Assembly (NCBI GenBank): GCA_017455185.1
Contig: JAFTBN010000021.1
Span: forward strand, 21,897-85,896
Direction: 5' to 3'
DNA length: 64,000 nucleotides
DNA from: Clostridia bacterium
Lineage (GTDB): Bacteria > Bacillota > Clostridia > Oscillospirales > CAG-272
In this document: piece by piece, positions 9,208 to 19,180 of the stretch
Numbering within the stretch: the first letter of the stretch is position 1
How the letters are laid out: every line of letters starts with the position of its first letter
Translations under genes and position numbers: made by a program
The notes under the pieces: model-generated
Told to the model about the DNA's origin: nothing
Databases searched by the model: none
The model's input: the letters and a program-made list of their open reading frames with translations, nothing else

Positions 9208-10362
9208 TTAGTCTGCCGTCAAGCCGGAACGCTCTATGCCTTCTACCAGGAAATTCTGCAGGAACACATACAGAATCACCAAAGGCATAATAATGGTAAT
9301 ACCACACGTATTACGGATTGCCGCGTAATACAAATCCTGTCCGGCGTATTCCAACTTCAACGAATCCGGTATGCCAACCAAAGTGGTCATCAGCGAGGTC
9401 TTCGATGAAGTAAAGAACAGGCCTGTGTAGAAATCATCCGTCCACTGCCAGCTGAAGGCAAACAGGAAGACCGTGATCATCATCGGAACGGACAGCGGAA
9501 GAATAATCGTCAGGAACGTATGGAACGTATTGGAACCATCCAGATAGGCGGACTCTTCCAATTCATCCGGAATAGAGCGGAAGAACTGCCGCAACAGGAA
9601 GATATACAAACCGTTTTTGAATCCGAGTCCGGTTGCGGACATCAGAATCAGCGGCCAATACGTATTACACAGGTTCAGACCTGTATTCGTCCAAATTCCG
9701 TCGTAAACCATCTTCCCTGCTTCGGTTACATGATGCGGTGCGATGTTCAACCCCGTCAGGATTTTCACCGCCTCGCCCGTCACCTCGTCGGTTCCGACCG
9801 TAATTCCGTTACCGCCGAGCAGACTCAGCAATCCGTACAGATCGAAATAACGGAAGTGCATGAACATGGAAAGCTGAATGGTTTGGTGCGGCACAACCAT
9901 GGTCACCATGACCAACAGGAAGATAATGCCGCGGCCTTTGAATTTGAACTTCGCAAATCCATATCCGATCATGCAGCATACGAACACCTGCAGCACGGCG
10001 CTTGCGCCCGAAAGGAACAATGTGTTCGTAAAGGCCTGCCAGTATCCCAACTCGGTAAAGATGGCCTTGTAGATATCCAAAGTGAAATGCTTCGGAATCA
10101 AACGGACCGTTACGTCCACGAAGTCTTCGGGGCTCATAAAAGAACCGGCGATCTTCGAGATAAAGGGATACAAGACAACGTAGGAAATACCGATTAACAG
10201 AATCAGGCGGAAAATGTACCAGATGATTTTGCCAAGGAAGTATCCGTTCAGGAAACGGGCTTTTAACCGTTCCTTCAGAGGAGCACGTTCAAAATCTACG
10301 CGGATGCGATTCTTGCTTTCCCGTTTGACGCGGGGTGCATTCATATTATCAGACGCATTCAT
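9208..10362 (-). CDS. carbohydrate ABC transporter permease (MalG-like) with about 70-aa N-terminal extension
   Basis: 384 aa. EAA-loop region ESAYLDGSNTFHTFLTIILPLSVP and 6 predicted TM segments. AAGGGGG SD. Confidence 0.9.
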   Translation of the reverse strand: MNASDNMNAPRVKRESKNRIRVDFERAPLKERLKARFLNGYFLGKIIWYIFRLILLIGISYVVLYPFISKIAGSFMSPEDFVDVTVRLIPKHFTLDIYKAIFTELGYWQAFTNTLFLSGASAVLQVFVCCMIGYGFAKFKFKGRGIIFLLVMVTMVVPHQTIQLSMFMHFRYFDLYGLLSLLGGNGITVGTDEVTGEAVKILTGLNIAPHHVTEAGKMVYDGIWTNTGLNLCNTYWPLILMSATGLGFKNGLYIFLLRQFFRSIPDELEESAYLDGSNTFHTFLTIILPLSVPMMITVFLFAFSWQWTDDFYTGLFFTSSKTSLMTTLVGIPDSLKLEYAGQDLYYAAIRNTCGITIIMPLVILYVFLQNFLVEGIERSGLTAD

Positions 10363-10379
10363 GAGCGATACCCCCTTTC

Positions 10380-11360
10380 TCAGTCATTCTTCCGCTGATA
10401 GAAGACGAAGGCGGAAACAATTCCGGCGATTACGCCCACGATCAGGAAAATCAACAGGAAGTACATCCAGGACATGGCCGAACTGATCACCTGACCGTCT
10501 GTCTTTTCGTAGACGGTATCAATGTAAGCCATAACCACGTTTTTGGATGTGGTAAAGGAGTCGATGACCGTATATACGGCATTAACCAAAATCATCGGTG
10601 AAATCATCGGGAACGTAATCTTCCAGAAGGTTTCCCATGCGGTAGCGCCGTCCATCTTACAGGATTCGTAAATCGCAGGAGAGATGGACTGCAAGCCGGA
10701 CAGGAAGATCAGCATCTGAACACCCGAGCGGTTCACAATATCGAAGATGTTGTTTACCATCGTGGATACGTACGTCGCGAGTTCTGCGCCGACTTTCATC
10801 GACGAGAACAGGTACTGTACGTCCACGGCACTGACAATTTCAGCCGCGGCACTGGTTCCTTCGCCGGTATCAATACCGCTGGACGATTCCATGTAAGTAG
10901 ATAGGATGTTGCTTGCCTCAATGCTTTCCATGATACCGGTTGAAAGAATAACCGGGATAAAGAAGATTGCACGGAATGCCGCACGGCCTACCATCTTCTG
11001 GTTCAGCAGAACCGCCATAAACAGCGAGAACAGAAGAATCGCGGGAATATCAAACGCGAGATTCTTCAGACCGCTGATCAAAGACGGGATGAACCCTGTA
11101 TCCGTGAACAGAGCCTCGGAATAGTTTTCAAATCCAACCCACTCCAGTGTATAACCACCGCCGGCCAGGATATGAATCTTGTTGAAACTCAATTTGATTG
11201 AGTCAAAAATCATCGGCAGGTAAATCAATACAAACCCAATGATGAAAGGAAGTACAAACAACCAGCCTGCACGCGCCTTCTTCCGATCAAGGGAAACGAT
11301 TTTCCTTCTTTTGGAAGTCTTTGCACTGGCAGCCGTTGAAATATTCTGTTCGCTAGTCAA
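10380..11360 (-). CDS. sugar ABC transporter permease (MalF-like)
   Basis: 326 aa. EAA-loop region KMDGATAWETFWKITFPMISP. The first in-frame start is TTG at 11360, with GAGAGG 9 nt upstream. Confidence 0.85.
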   Translation of the reverse strand: MTSEQNISTAASAKTSKRRKIVSLDRKKARAGWLFVLPFIIGFVLIYLPMIFDSIKLSFNKIHILAGGGYTLEWVGFENYSEALFTDTGFIPSLISGLKNLAFDIPAILLFSLFMAVLLNQKMVGRAAFRAIFFIPVILSTGIMESIEASNILSTYMESSSGIDTGEGTSAAAEIVSAVDVQYLFSSMKVGAELATYVSTMVNNIFDIVNRSGVQMLIFLSGLQSISPAIYESCKMDGATAWETFWKITFPMISPMILVNAVYTVIDSFTTSKNVVMAYIDTVYEKTDGQVISSAMSWMYFLLIFLIVGVIAGIVSAFVFYQRKND

Positions 11361-11385
11361 TGTCAGTTACCTCTCTTTCCCTTAA

Positions 11386-14300
11386 TCAGTGATAAATCAT
11401 AACATACTCACCGCTCGGAATGGTGTATTCCACTGAGTTGTATGTTACATGCACGGTATAGGCGTTATAGTTCAGGATGAACGTCTTGTACGCCGTCTGG
11501 TCAATTCCGCCCTTGCCGCCGTATGTCACAGCCACAATGTTTCCGTTGTTGACCAGATATTTGTTTTCTTCCTCTGTCTCGGTTTTGACTTCTTCACTCT
11601 GATTATCCTTGTCGCGCTTCTTGCGGGCTTCGTCAATCAGTTCTTCCAGCTTGCTTACCGTATACATAGGCTGGCCGTTTTCATCCGTAACCTGCTCGGC
11701 TACGTCATTTTTAACGCCGGTATATGCAGAGGATTTTTCAAGCAGATCATTGAACGTGATGACTTCTTCCGAACTGGAATCATCCATCAGCTCGCTGACC
11801 GCAAGGCCGTTTTCGAAGATTGCCTTGGCAGCCTCCAGATAATCCCTCATTTCGGTTACCATGATGGTTTCCCCACCCTCAACCTCAATGAGCATTTCGA
11901 TGTTCTCGGCAATGGTGTCGAGCACTTCCTGCGCATCCTCAATCAGTTTGGTGATGGTTTCCGCGGCCAGGGCCGAATTGATAACCACATTCTCAAGCTG
12001 ACCGACGCGGGCCGTATACGTACGATACATGACCTTTACAGCCGATGCATTCTCGTTATATCCGGCGGAAGCCAGAGCTTTCTGATAGTTGGAATAAGCC
12101 ACATCCACGTTTTTGATATACGTCTGAAGGTTTTCAACCGATTCGTCGATATCCAGGATCGTGGTATAAGCCTCAGCCAGGATATCCGTCAGGGTCTCTT
12201 CCGAATTCTTCGCATACAGACGGGCCGCGCCGACCTTGGAAATCAATTCCATTGCGGCGTTCTTATCGTTCTCGACTTCCTGCTCGTGCGTAGCGTCAAG
12301 GACCTGCTTGATATCCGCCTGCAGCTCATCCAGGTCAAGCACACGAACTCCGGGCAGGAATTGATGCGCAATGATCGGCTTGGTCTGCAGATCCTTCAGG
12401 GCCGCATTCAATTCGGAATACATGGAAATGACGTCGTCCTTCCAGATATCATACCGAATCGAATAATACCGGCTGAGCTGGTAATCTTCCTTCAACTCCT
12501 CCGTGTTCTGGTAGGAGAGCACGAAATACACGCCCGCACCGTTTTCAATGGTCTTCAGCATGCTGTAGCCCGTATCGCCTTCCATATTCAGCGGAGAACC
12601 TGCAAACTGGATGTATCCATGCAGTACAACGCCGAGGAAAGGAACCACGTTGGAAGCCTTCACATACTTACTGGACTCGAGGTACGCATCGACGATATGA
12701 TCCGCATACTGCCATGTGTATACATTACCGCCTGACAGCATCACGCTCGGAACCTTTTCCTCAATGTAAGCCAGCGCTTTCTTGGTAAAGGCCTTTGCGT
12801 CCTCGCGGTTGTACGGATCGTCCTCATCGAAGTCGGAGTTCAACTCGGTACCCAGTGTTGAAACCGAGATACCCTGCACGTCATACTTCAGATACTTTTC
12901 GAGGAACTTCGTATAGAACCGTGAATATTGCGATGCAGAAATCGCCAATTCGAAGAAGTTGAGATATTTCTGCTGGGAAGCAGAATACGTTCTGCGTCCT
13001 GTATAACGGTTGTCAATCGTACGAATGGCATCCCGCTTCAGGGACAAACCGTCAAATGACTTCTGAGCATTCACGTATACAAAATCAAAGTCGGGATACA
13101 GCCCCATATGAGCGGTTTTGGTTCCGTCCTCCAGATTCTGTGCGTAATCCAGCAGTTCCTTGAAGTTGTACTCGCCTTTCTGTACCGCTCTTTCCCACTT
13201 CAGTTTGTAAGGAACACGGGAGTACATGCCTCCGTTTGCATATCCTACCATCTGGAAGTTTACATTGTTGATGCCGGCAGCCGAAAGGTCTTCATACATC
13301 GTTACCAGGTTTTCAAACGTGGTCAAAGGCTTCATCACATTTACCGGGAACGACAGAATCTGTTCGGTCACCTGCAGTGCACCGAATGTTTCAATGTACA
13401 GCGGGATATTTTCGTAAACGTCGGAATAGTTGAGACGGTTCAGAACGCCCTTCTTGACCAGATAGTTCCTGTATGCCTGAGCCATACCCAGCCATGTACA
13501 GGGATAATAATCGGTCAGACCGGCACTCTTTGCCAGATTGTCATCCGCCAGCATGATGTAGCGGATCTTGTAGTCCCCGGTGTATTTCCGGTTGGACACA
13601 ACCGTCCAGGTGCTGCTTGTCGTAACCGAAATGGAATCCGACAAGTCGTACGAGTCTTTCGGCCGAGGATTGAAATACGTCATGATCGTATTGTAATCAC
13701 TCAGGGAGCCGGCATGATAGGTTGCGATATCCGCAAGGGATTCACCCTCTTCCAGAATGCCTACGAAACCGACATCGGTCACCGACGAGGTAATGTCCTC
13801 ATCGTACAAATCCGCAACTTCCTCGGTCAATTCTTCCCGGGTCTTGATGGTAACGGATGTGGTCACATCCTCCTCCGTCTTCGGATCCGTATAACTCAAA
13901 AATTCCGAATTCTGCACAATTCCGAAAACCGGATACCGGACCGTCTTCTGATACGTACCGGAAATCACATGATACGCATAGTCGGTTCCGTATACCTTTC
14001 TGGAAATCGTGGTCGTCGTCTTATTGTTCAGATCCTCAAAGCGGAACAATGCACCCGATCCGTCCGGATAGAACGTATAGCCGGTATTGTCCGAGTGACC
14101 TGCGCCCATATAAGGCAGAATGCTGATGTACTCGATGGCATATGCACTGGAGTCGAACCGGATGCCGTTGGTAGGCAGACGAACCACCATGCCATCCTCA
14201 TCCAGCGTATACTCCAGAGACAGACGGAACACGGGAGACTTGTCGTCTTCGCTGACGTAACCGGTCATTTCGTGGTCTTCGTCCATCATATCGAAGGTAT

Positions 14301-15162
14301 ACAGCGGTGCGTAGGTTTTGATCATATCCTCGCACAGGTTGACTTCCACCGCACGGGCATCCGGGTCGAAGACGTAAATCGGACCGTTGGCCAGCGCAGG
14401 GAATTTCCTGAGTGCCGCAGCCTTGGATTTTTCAGAGCTCATCTCATCCAAATCGTACAAGGAATAGTACACTTTGAATTTGGAATACGAGAACTCACTG
14501 AGCAAACCCGCGTCTCTGCTCTCAGTCAGAGGTTCGAGGATCAGCGTATCAAACCGTTCCTTTGTAATCAGTCTGGGAACCAGTTTTCTCTGAGCCTGGT
14601 CGCCGATGATGTATTCAACGCGTACACCGTTTTTGATTTTACGGGTTGTAATCTGACCGTTCATCGCAGCCTGCGAAAAACTGTACATGAACTTCTGCGT
14701 GTCGTTGTCCGTATAACGGATGACAACCTGCGAGAACAATGCATTCTTCGTCGAATCGGAAGCGATGGAAGTCGATGCATCGTACGGATTCGTGAACAGG
14801 ATCTGACCCGTCAGCGTATTGCGCAACGCGATTTCCCCGTTGTACTTGAACACATACATTTCATAAACACCGTCGGAACTCACAAAATAGGGATCTCCGA
14901 AGAGAGCCAGTTTTTCATCCGGCGTATTATAAATGAAGGTTTCGGTTGCGAACGGATTGGCGGTCGAGTTCTTTTCCGTACGGGTCTTATAACCCGCGTA
15001 AGCCTCCAGATAGTTGACCAGGTCGCTTCCCGTGAGGTTCGAAACATCGATCTCCGTTTCTTCGGCCGCGGCCACCTGGAAGACGCTCAAAACGGCGAAA
15101 GCCGTCAAAAGCATTACAGCACTCAGAAGGAATGAAATAATTCTAATCATTTTTTGATTCAT
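11386..15162 (-). CDS. large secreted protein of unknown function (DUF5696-like, from memory)
   Basis: The ORF track gives a TTG at 15177. I prefer the ATG at 15162, with GGGAGG (15170-15175) 7 nt upstream, giving 1258 aa. Signal peptide ...FQVAAA/EE. No characterised catalytic motif recognised. The C-terminal roughly 330 aa look helical or coiled. Confidence 0.75.
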   Translation of the reverse strand: MNQKMIRIISFLLSAVMLLTAFAVLSVFQVAAAEETEIDVSNLTGSDLVNYLEAYAGYKTRTEKNSTANPFATETFIYNTPDEKLALFGDPYFVSSDGVYEMYVFKYNGEIALRNTLTGQILFTNPYDASTSIASDSTKNALFSQVVIRYTDNDTQKFMYSFSQAAMNGQITTRKIKNGVRVEYIIGDQAQRKLVPRLITKERFDTLILEPLTESRDAGLLSEFSYSKFKVYYSLYDLDEMSSEKSKAAALRKFPALANGPIYVFDPDARAVEVNLCEDMIKTYAPLYTFDMMDEDHEMTGYVSEDDKSPVFRLSLEYTLDEDGMVVRLPTNGIRFDSSAYAIEYISILPYMGAGHSDNTGYTFYPDGSGALFRFEDLNNKTTTTISRKVYGTDYAYHVISGTYQKTVRYPVFGIVQNSEFLSYTDPKTEEDVTTSVTIKTREELTEEVADLYDEDITSSVTDVGFVGILEEGESLADIATYHAGSLSDYNTIMTYFNPRPKDSYDLSDSISVTTSSTWTVVSNRKYTGDYKIRYIMLADDNLAKSAGLTDYYPCTWLGMAQAYRNYLVKKGVLNRLNYSDVYENIPLYIETFGALQVTEQILSFPVNVMKPLTTFENLVTMYEDLSAAGINNVNFQMVGYANGGMYSRVPYKLKWERAVQKGEYNFKELLDYAQNLEDGTKTAHMGLYPDFDFVYVNAQKSFDGLSLKRDAIRTIDNRYTGRRTYSASQQKYLNFFELAISASQYSRFYTKFLEKYLKYDVQGISVSTLGTELNSDFDEDDPYNREDAKAFTKKALAYIEEKVPSVMLSGGNVYTWQYADHIVDAYLESSKYVKASNVVPFLGVVLHGYIQFAGSPLNMEGDTGYSMLKTIENGAGVYFVLSYQNTEELKEDYQLSRYYSIRYDIWKDDVISMYSELNAALKDLQTKPIIAHQFLPGVRVLDLDELQADIKQVLDATHEQEVENDKNAAMELISKVGAARLYAKNSEETLTDILAEAYTTILDIDESVENLQTYIKNVDVAYSNYQKALASAGYNENASAVKVMYRTYTARVGQLENVVINSALAAETITKLIEDAQEVLDTIAENIEMLIEVEGGETIMVTEMRDYLEAAKAIFENGLAVSELMDDSSSEEVITFNDLLEKSSAYTGVKNDVAEQVTDENGQPMYTVSKLEELIDEARKKRDKDNQSEEVKTETEEENKYLVNNGNIVAVTYGGKGGIDQTAYKTFILNYNAYTVHVTYNSVEYTIPSGEYVMIYH

Positions 15163-15177
15163 TTTCACACCTCCCAA

Positions 15178-17316
15178 CTACGCCCTGTATTGCAGCTCGA
15201 CCACAATATTTGTAATCAAGCTGATCAATTTTGCAACGAGAGTGGAGAACAGTACAGCCACAAACATGATAAATACAATTCCCACAATCGTTCCGAGGAA
15301 CGTAATAAAGTTCTTGCCCAGCGAATAATCGTGTGTCACCATCGTGCCGAAGAAGAGCAAAATGCCCATCCAGACAAACGCAAGCGTTGTGAACAGGGAG
15401 ATAAGTCCTGCTTCGCTGGAAGTTGTGAAGTTCGACACAATCGTCGCCGGAATAACAAGCAGCGGAATCGGTACCAGACAATAGGAAGCCGCGATGTAAA
15501 CATCTTTGAAACTTCCTTCGCCGTCAAACAAGGTGGTCAGACACCAGTTCGCTACGACAAACAGGAACAGCGGCACCAGAACGCTGAGCGCCTGTCCCCA
15601 GATGGTCATATAGGATCTTCTCGGATTGAAGACATATCCCTGACCGATACTTTGATAGAAGAATGACAGAATGGCCAGGACGTTGAAGGTAACGGCTGCC
15701 CGGACAGAACCGCGGTGTTCGTGTTTCAGATCCCAGAAGCCGTCAAACGGATGCAAGATCAGATGCAATCCGTACCACAGTTCCTGCGCATAGGTCTTTC
15801 TTGCCTTTCCATTAATGGCAGCCGCTGCATTGACCTTTCCTGCCTTCTTGAACAGCAGAACAAATCCGACAATTGTGGCGGCAATAATGACAATGAGGAT
15901 AAAGAAGAACGTGGACATCCAGTTCTTACGAACTTCCTTGTACGCGTCGGACCAGTTGGACGTGTCATATGCGCGTTCAAAGTATTCCAGCGATTCCTTG
16001 TACTCACCCCGTCGGTACATGGCCTGGCCGATACCGACGTAAGCAGCGTCAAAATTGGAGTTTCTCTGCAGCACTTCTCTCCAGCATGCGATTGCGTAAT
16101 CGTAATCCAGAGAGTTTTCCGCCTCAATGGCCTGAATCAGAAGGTTACCGTATTCGGTACGGTTGAAGACAACCACACAGTTGTTGCCCTTATCCAGAAC
16201 CAGAATTCTGTCACCCTGATAGGTAATGGCCTCGATGTTGGAAATGGAGCCCAGCATGGAGCCTGTATCGCCGAAGGCAAACAGCAGGTTTCCGTCAAAG
16301 TCATACGTATAAATCTTTCCTCGTTTTTCATCGATGATGGACCAGGTCTTGGCCGGACCGACGGCCACGTCGATGATAGAGGAAACACCGCTGTAGGTGT
16401 CCTTGGTTATACGTGAATAGTTGATTTCACCGGCGGGCGGCCAGAAGCCGTTCCGTCTCATGATTTCCGCGCCCTTTGAGTTAAGGAGCTTGACCGGCAA
16501 ATAATCTCCGCTGGTCGCCTTGCCCGTAATCGCAGCTGCAACCCTGGATTCATCGATGCTGTTTGTCGTTACATAGATGAAACCGTCGGATGTGATCGAG
16601 ATGTTGTTGAACTCAGTCGATACGTTTTTCCTGGACTGCTTTTGCTGTTCTTTGGTCTGGAATCTGCGGACAATCGCTTCCCAGGCACTCACGCTAACCG
16701 CCTGCGCACCGATGAAGGAAGTGAATTCTCCTTCCTCAGTCAGGACGATGATTCCCTGGTAGGTTGTAGAGGATACAACGAACACGCGGTTGTTGGCGTC
16801 GACTGCAACCGCAACCGGCTTGTACACGGCGTTTGCATCAAACAGAGCACTCTTCGGCTGAGTCAGGATCCGAAGGAATTTGCCTTCCCGGTCAAACGTA
16901 ACGATCCGGTTGTTACCGGTGTCACATACCCAGATCCGATCCTTGGACACGAATACACCCTGCGGTTCCTTCAACGCGTCGTCAATACCTTGTTCATTAA
17001 TAAAGGTAGAGAGAGAGTATTTGAATTTGAAATACCGGTCGAGAATGACAACACGGTTGTTGCCCTTGTCGGCTATGTATACATTTTCATACTCATCGGT
17101 CAAAAGATCCTGCGGGTTGCTCAAATCCAAATCCAGCCCCATATCAACCGAAGACACCGACATGGTTGCCGAGTATGCGTCGGGGGAATAGAGCGCGTTG
17201 CCGCTGATGGAGTACGTGTATGTCTGATAAGCGGAAGATGCTCCGGCCGGAATGGCCAGGACCGTCAGAAGGGCAAGCGCAATGACAATCACTTTTGTAA
17301 GAATATTCTTTTTCAT
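15178..17316 (-). CDS. NHL-repeat beta-propeller / TPR / Yip1-domain membrane protein
   Basis: 712 aa with a signal peptide. Repeated NHL-type blades (KGNNRVVILD, TGNNRIVTFD, ANNRVFVV, KGNNCVVVF) and a TPR-like segment (AAYVGIGQAMYRRGEYKESLEYFERAY). The C-terminal roughly 240 aa hold 5-6 hydrophobic helices of Yip1 type. Confidence 0.8.
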   Translation of the reverse strand: MKKNILTKVIVIALALLTVLAIPAGASSAYQTYTYSISGNALYSPDAYSATMSVSSVDMGLDLDLSNPQDLLTDEYENVYIADKGNNRVVILDRYFKFKYSLSTFINEQGIDDALKEPQGVFVSKDRIWVCDTGNNRIVTFDREGKFLRILTQPKSALFDANAVYKPVAVAVDANNRVFVVSSTTYQGIIVLTEEGEFTSFIGAQAVSVSAWEAIVRRFQTKEQQKQSRKNVSTEFNNISITSDGFIYVTTNSIDESRVAAAITGKATSGDYLPVKLLNSKGAEIMRRNGFWPPAGEINYSRITKDTYSGVSSIIDVAVGPAKTWSIIDEKRGKIYTYDFDGNLLFAFGDTGSMLGSISNIEAITYQGDRILVLDKGNNCVVVFNRTEYGNLLIQAIEAENSLDYDYAIACWREVLQRNSNFDAAYVGIGQAMYRRGEYKESLEYFERAYDTSNWSDAYKEVRKNWMSTFFFILIVIIAATIVGFVLLFKKAGKVNAAAAINGKARKTYAQELWYGLHLILHPFDGFWDLKHEHRGSVRAAVTFNVLAILSFFYQSIGQGYVFNPRRSYMTIWGQALSVLVPLFLFVVANWCLTTLFDGEGSFKDVYIAASYCLVPIPLLVIPATIVSNFTTSSEAGLISLFTTLAFVWMGILLFFGTMVTHDYSLGKNFITFLGTIVGIVFIMFVAVLFSTLVAKLISLITNIVVELQYRA

Positions 17317-17325
17317 GACGCCCCC

Positions 17326-18198
17326 TTAATCTTTCATACCGGACGAACCCATCGTTTCAATGATGTTCGACTGAGAAATGACGAATACGATAATCGGGAC
17401 AGCCATCATCAGCACGGTGGAAGCCGCAGATGCGCCCGCACGCCGAATACCGCCTGCGGTAATCTGTCCGATTGCGTAGTTGAACGACTTCAGCTGTTCG
17501 GAATAGATATAAATGGATGCGCCTGCATTCCACAATCCCTGGAAGCTGTAAATGATCAACGTCAGCCATGCCGGTTTAACCATCGGCATTGCAATCGTCC
17601 AGAACGTTCTGAATTCGTTTGCACCGTCAAGCCGGGCACTTTCCAGAATTGCGTCGGCCACGTTGGTATCCATGAACTGCTTCATCAGATAAAGGCCCAG
17701 AGTGGACCCCCACGCAGGAATGATGATAGCCCAGTAGGTATCAATCATTTTGAAAGCGCTCATTAATATAAAGGAAGTAACCGTGGTGACCGTCGCGTGG
17801 AACATCAGGGATGTCTGGATGGTCTTGAACATGAACCTTCCGCCCGGGAACTTGATCTTTGCCAGGGCGTAAGCGCACATGGAAGCAATCAGCAAATGTC
17901 CGAATGTTCCGGCTATGGTAGTAAAGACGGTGTTAAAAATGTACCGGGAAAACGGAACCCAGGATGTATTCATCAAAGAAAACAGGTCTTTGAAGTTCCG
18001 GAACGTCGGCTTCAAAACGAAGAAACGAGGCGGATACATCCAGAGTTCATCCAGAGGCTTCAGGGACTGCATCAACGTATAAAGCATCGGCAGGAACATG
18101 AAAGCGCCCAGGATTACCATGATGACCGTAATGCCGGCATCGCCTCCCGCGGAACGGGAAAGGACGACTCTATGATTTCTTGTTCTCATTTTAGCCAT
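17326..18198 (-). CDS. carbohydrate ABC transporter permease (MalG-like)
   Basis: 290 aa. EAA-loop region SARLDGANEFRTFWTIAMPMVKP and 6 TM segments. Confidence 0.9.
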   Translation of the reverse strand: MAKMRTRNHRVVLSRSAGGDAGITVIMVILGAFMFLPMLYTLMQSLKPLDELWMYPPRFFVLKPTFRNFKDLFSLMNTSWVPFSRYIFNTVFTTIAGTFGHLLIASMCAYALAKIKFPGGRFMFKTIQTSLMFHATVTTVTSFILMSAFKMIDTYWAIIIPAWGSTLGLYLMKQFMDTNVADAILESARLDGANEFRTFWTIAMPMVKPAWLTLIIYSFQGLWNAGASIYIYSEQLKSFNYAIGQITAGGIRRAGASAASTVLMMAVPIIVFVISQSNIIETMGSSGMKD

Positions 18199-18204
18199 AC
18201 GTCA

Positions 18205-19143
18205 TCACCTACCCAGTTTCGCAATGATATTCTTGACCAGCATGTTCGCCCCGATCATGATCAGGAACAGGATCACGGCGATAGCGGAAGAGTAACCGAT
18301 TTCATAACGCTGATTTGCGTAGTCCTCCAAATGGTGCACAATGGTATGCGCCGCATAGTCGACCGACGGGAATCCGCACAGGGCCGTAACAATGCCGCCG
18401 AAGCCAAAGGAACCGGTAATGGACATAATCGCACCGAACATCAACTGCGGGCCCATGGAAGGAAGCGTAATGTAATACAATTCCTGCCAGCGGTTCTTAA
18501 CACCGTCAACCGCCCCCGCTTCATACAGTGACTTGTCCACGCCCTGCAAACCTGCGATAAAGGAAAGGAACGCGGTACCAAGTGAAGTCCACAAGGCAAC
18601 GATGATACACAACGGCATAACGTATTTGGCATTCTGGAAGAACGCAATCGGTTTGACGATAACGCCCAGCTCAATCAGCATGGCGTTGGCCCAGCCGTAA
18701 GCATCCGATGAGAACAGGGTTGCCCAAATCAAATACACCTGACCGGAGATGGACGGCGCATAGAAAATCAATGTGACCAGCGCGCGTACCTTCGGAGGCA
18801 GCTCATTGATGAACCATGCAACCAGGAACGAGAGCAAATAGGAAGCAGGTCCGACAATGGCCGCGAAGATGAATGTGTTCTTGACCGCAATCAAGAAAAT
18901 ATCATCATCAAAGAAAAGTGAAATGTAGTTGCTGACGCCCACAAAATGAGGCCATTGCAACATGTTGAAATCCGTAAAGCTGATAACAGCAGACAGAACA
19001 ACGGGCAGGACGGTGAAGAGAGTGAACACAATCATGTAAGGTGCCACCATTACATAGGCAACCTTGTTCTTCTTCATCTCTTTCCAGATCCATTGACGGC
19101 GGGTGATATCTGTCCGGCGTACAGCTTTCAATTCTTTAGACAT
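18205..19143 (-). CDS. sugar ABC transporter permease (MalF-like)
   Basis: 312 aa. EAA-loop region AGAVDGVKNRWQELYYITLPSMGP. AAGGAG SD. Confidence 0.9.
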   Translation of the reverse strand: MSKELKAVRRTDITRRQWIWKEMKKNKVAYVMVAPYMIVFTLFTVLPVVLSAVISFTDFNMLQWPHFVGVSNYISLFFDDDIFLIAVKNTFIFAAIVGPASYLLSFLVAWFINELPPKVRALVTLIFYAPSISGQVYLIWATLFSSDAYGWANAMLIELGVIVKPIAFFQNAKYVMPLCIIVALWTSLGTAFLSFIAGLQGVDKSLYEAGAVDGVKNRWQELYYITLPSMGPQLMFGAIMSITGSFGFGGIVTALCGFPSVDYAAHTIVHHLEDYANQRYEIGYSSAIAVILFLIMIGANMLVKNIIAKLGR

Positions 19144-19180
19144 AAAGTATACTCCTTATCTAAGATCTCACACGAAAGAC

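Noticed and set aside
13108-15135. A 675-aa plus-strand ORF
   Set aside because: It is antisense to the DUF5696-like gene, which itself has a signal peptide, an SD and operon context. The ORF has low-complexity Arg/Ile/Val-rich sequence.
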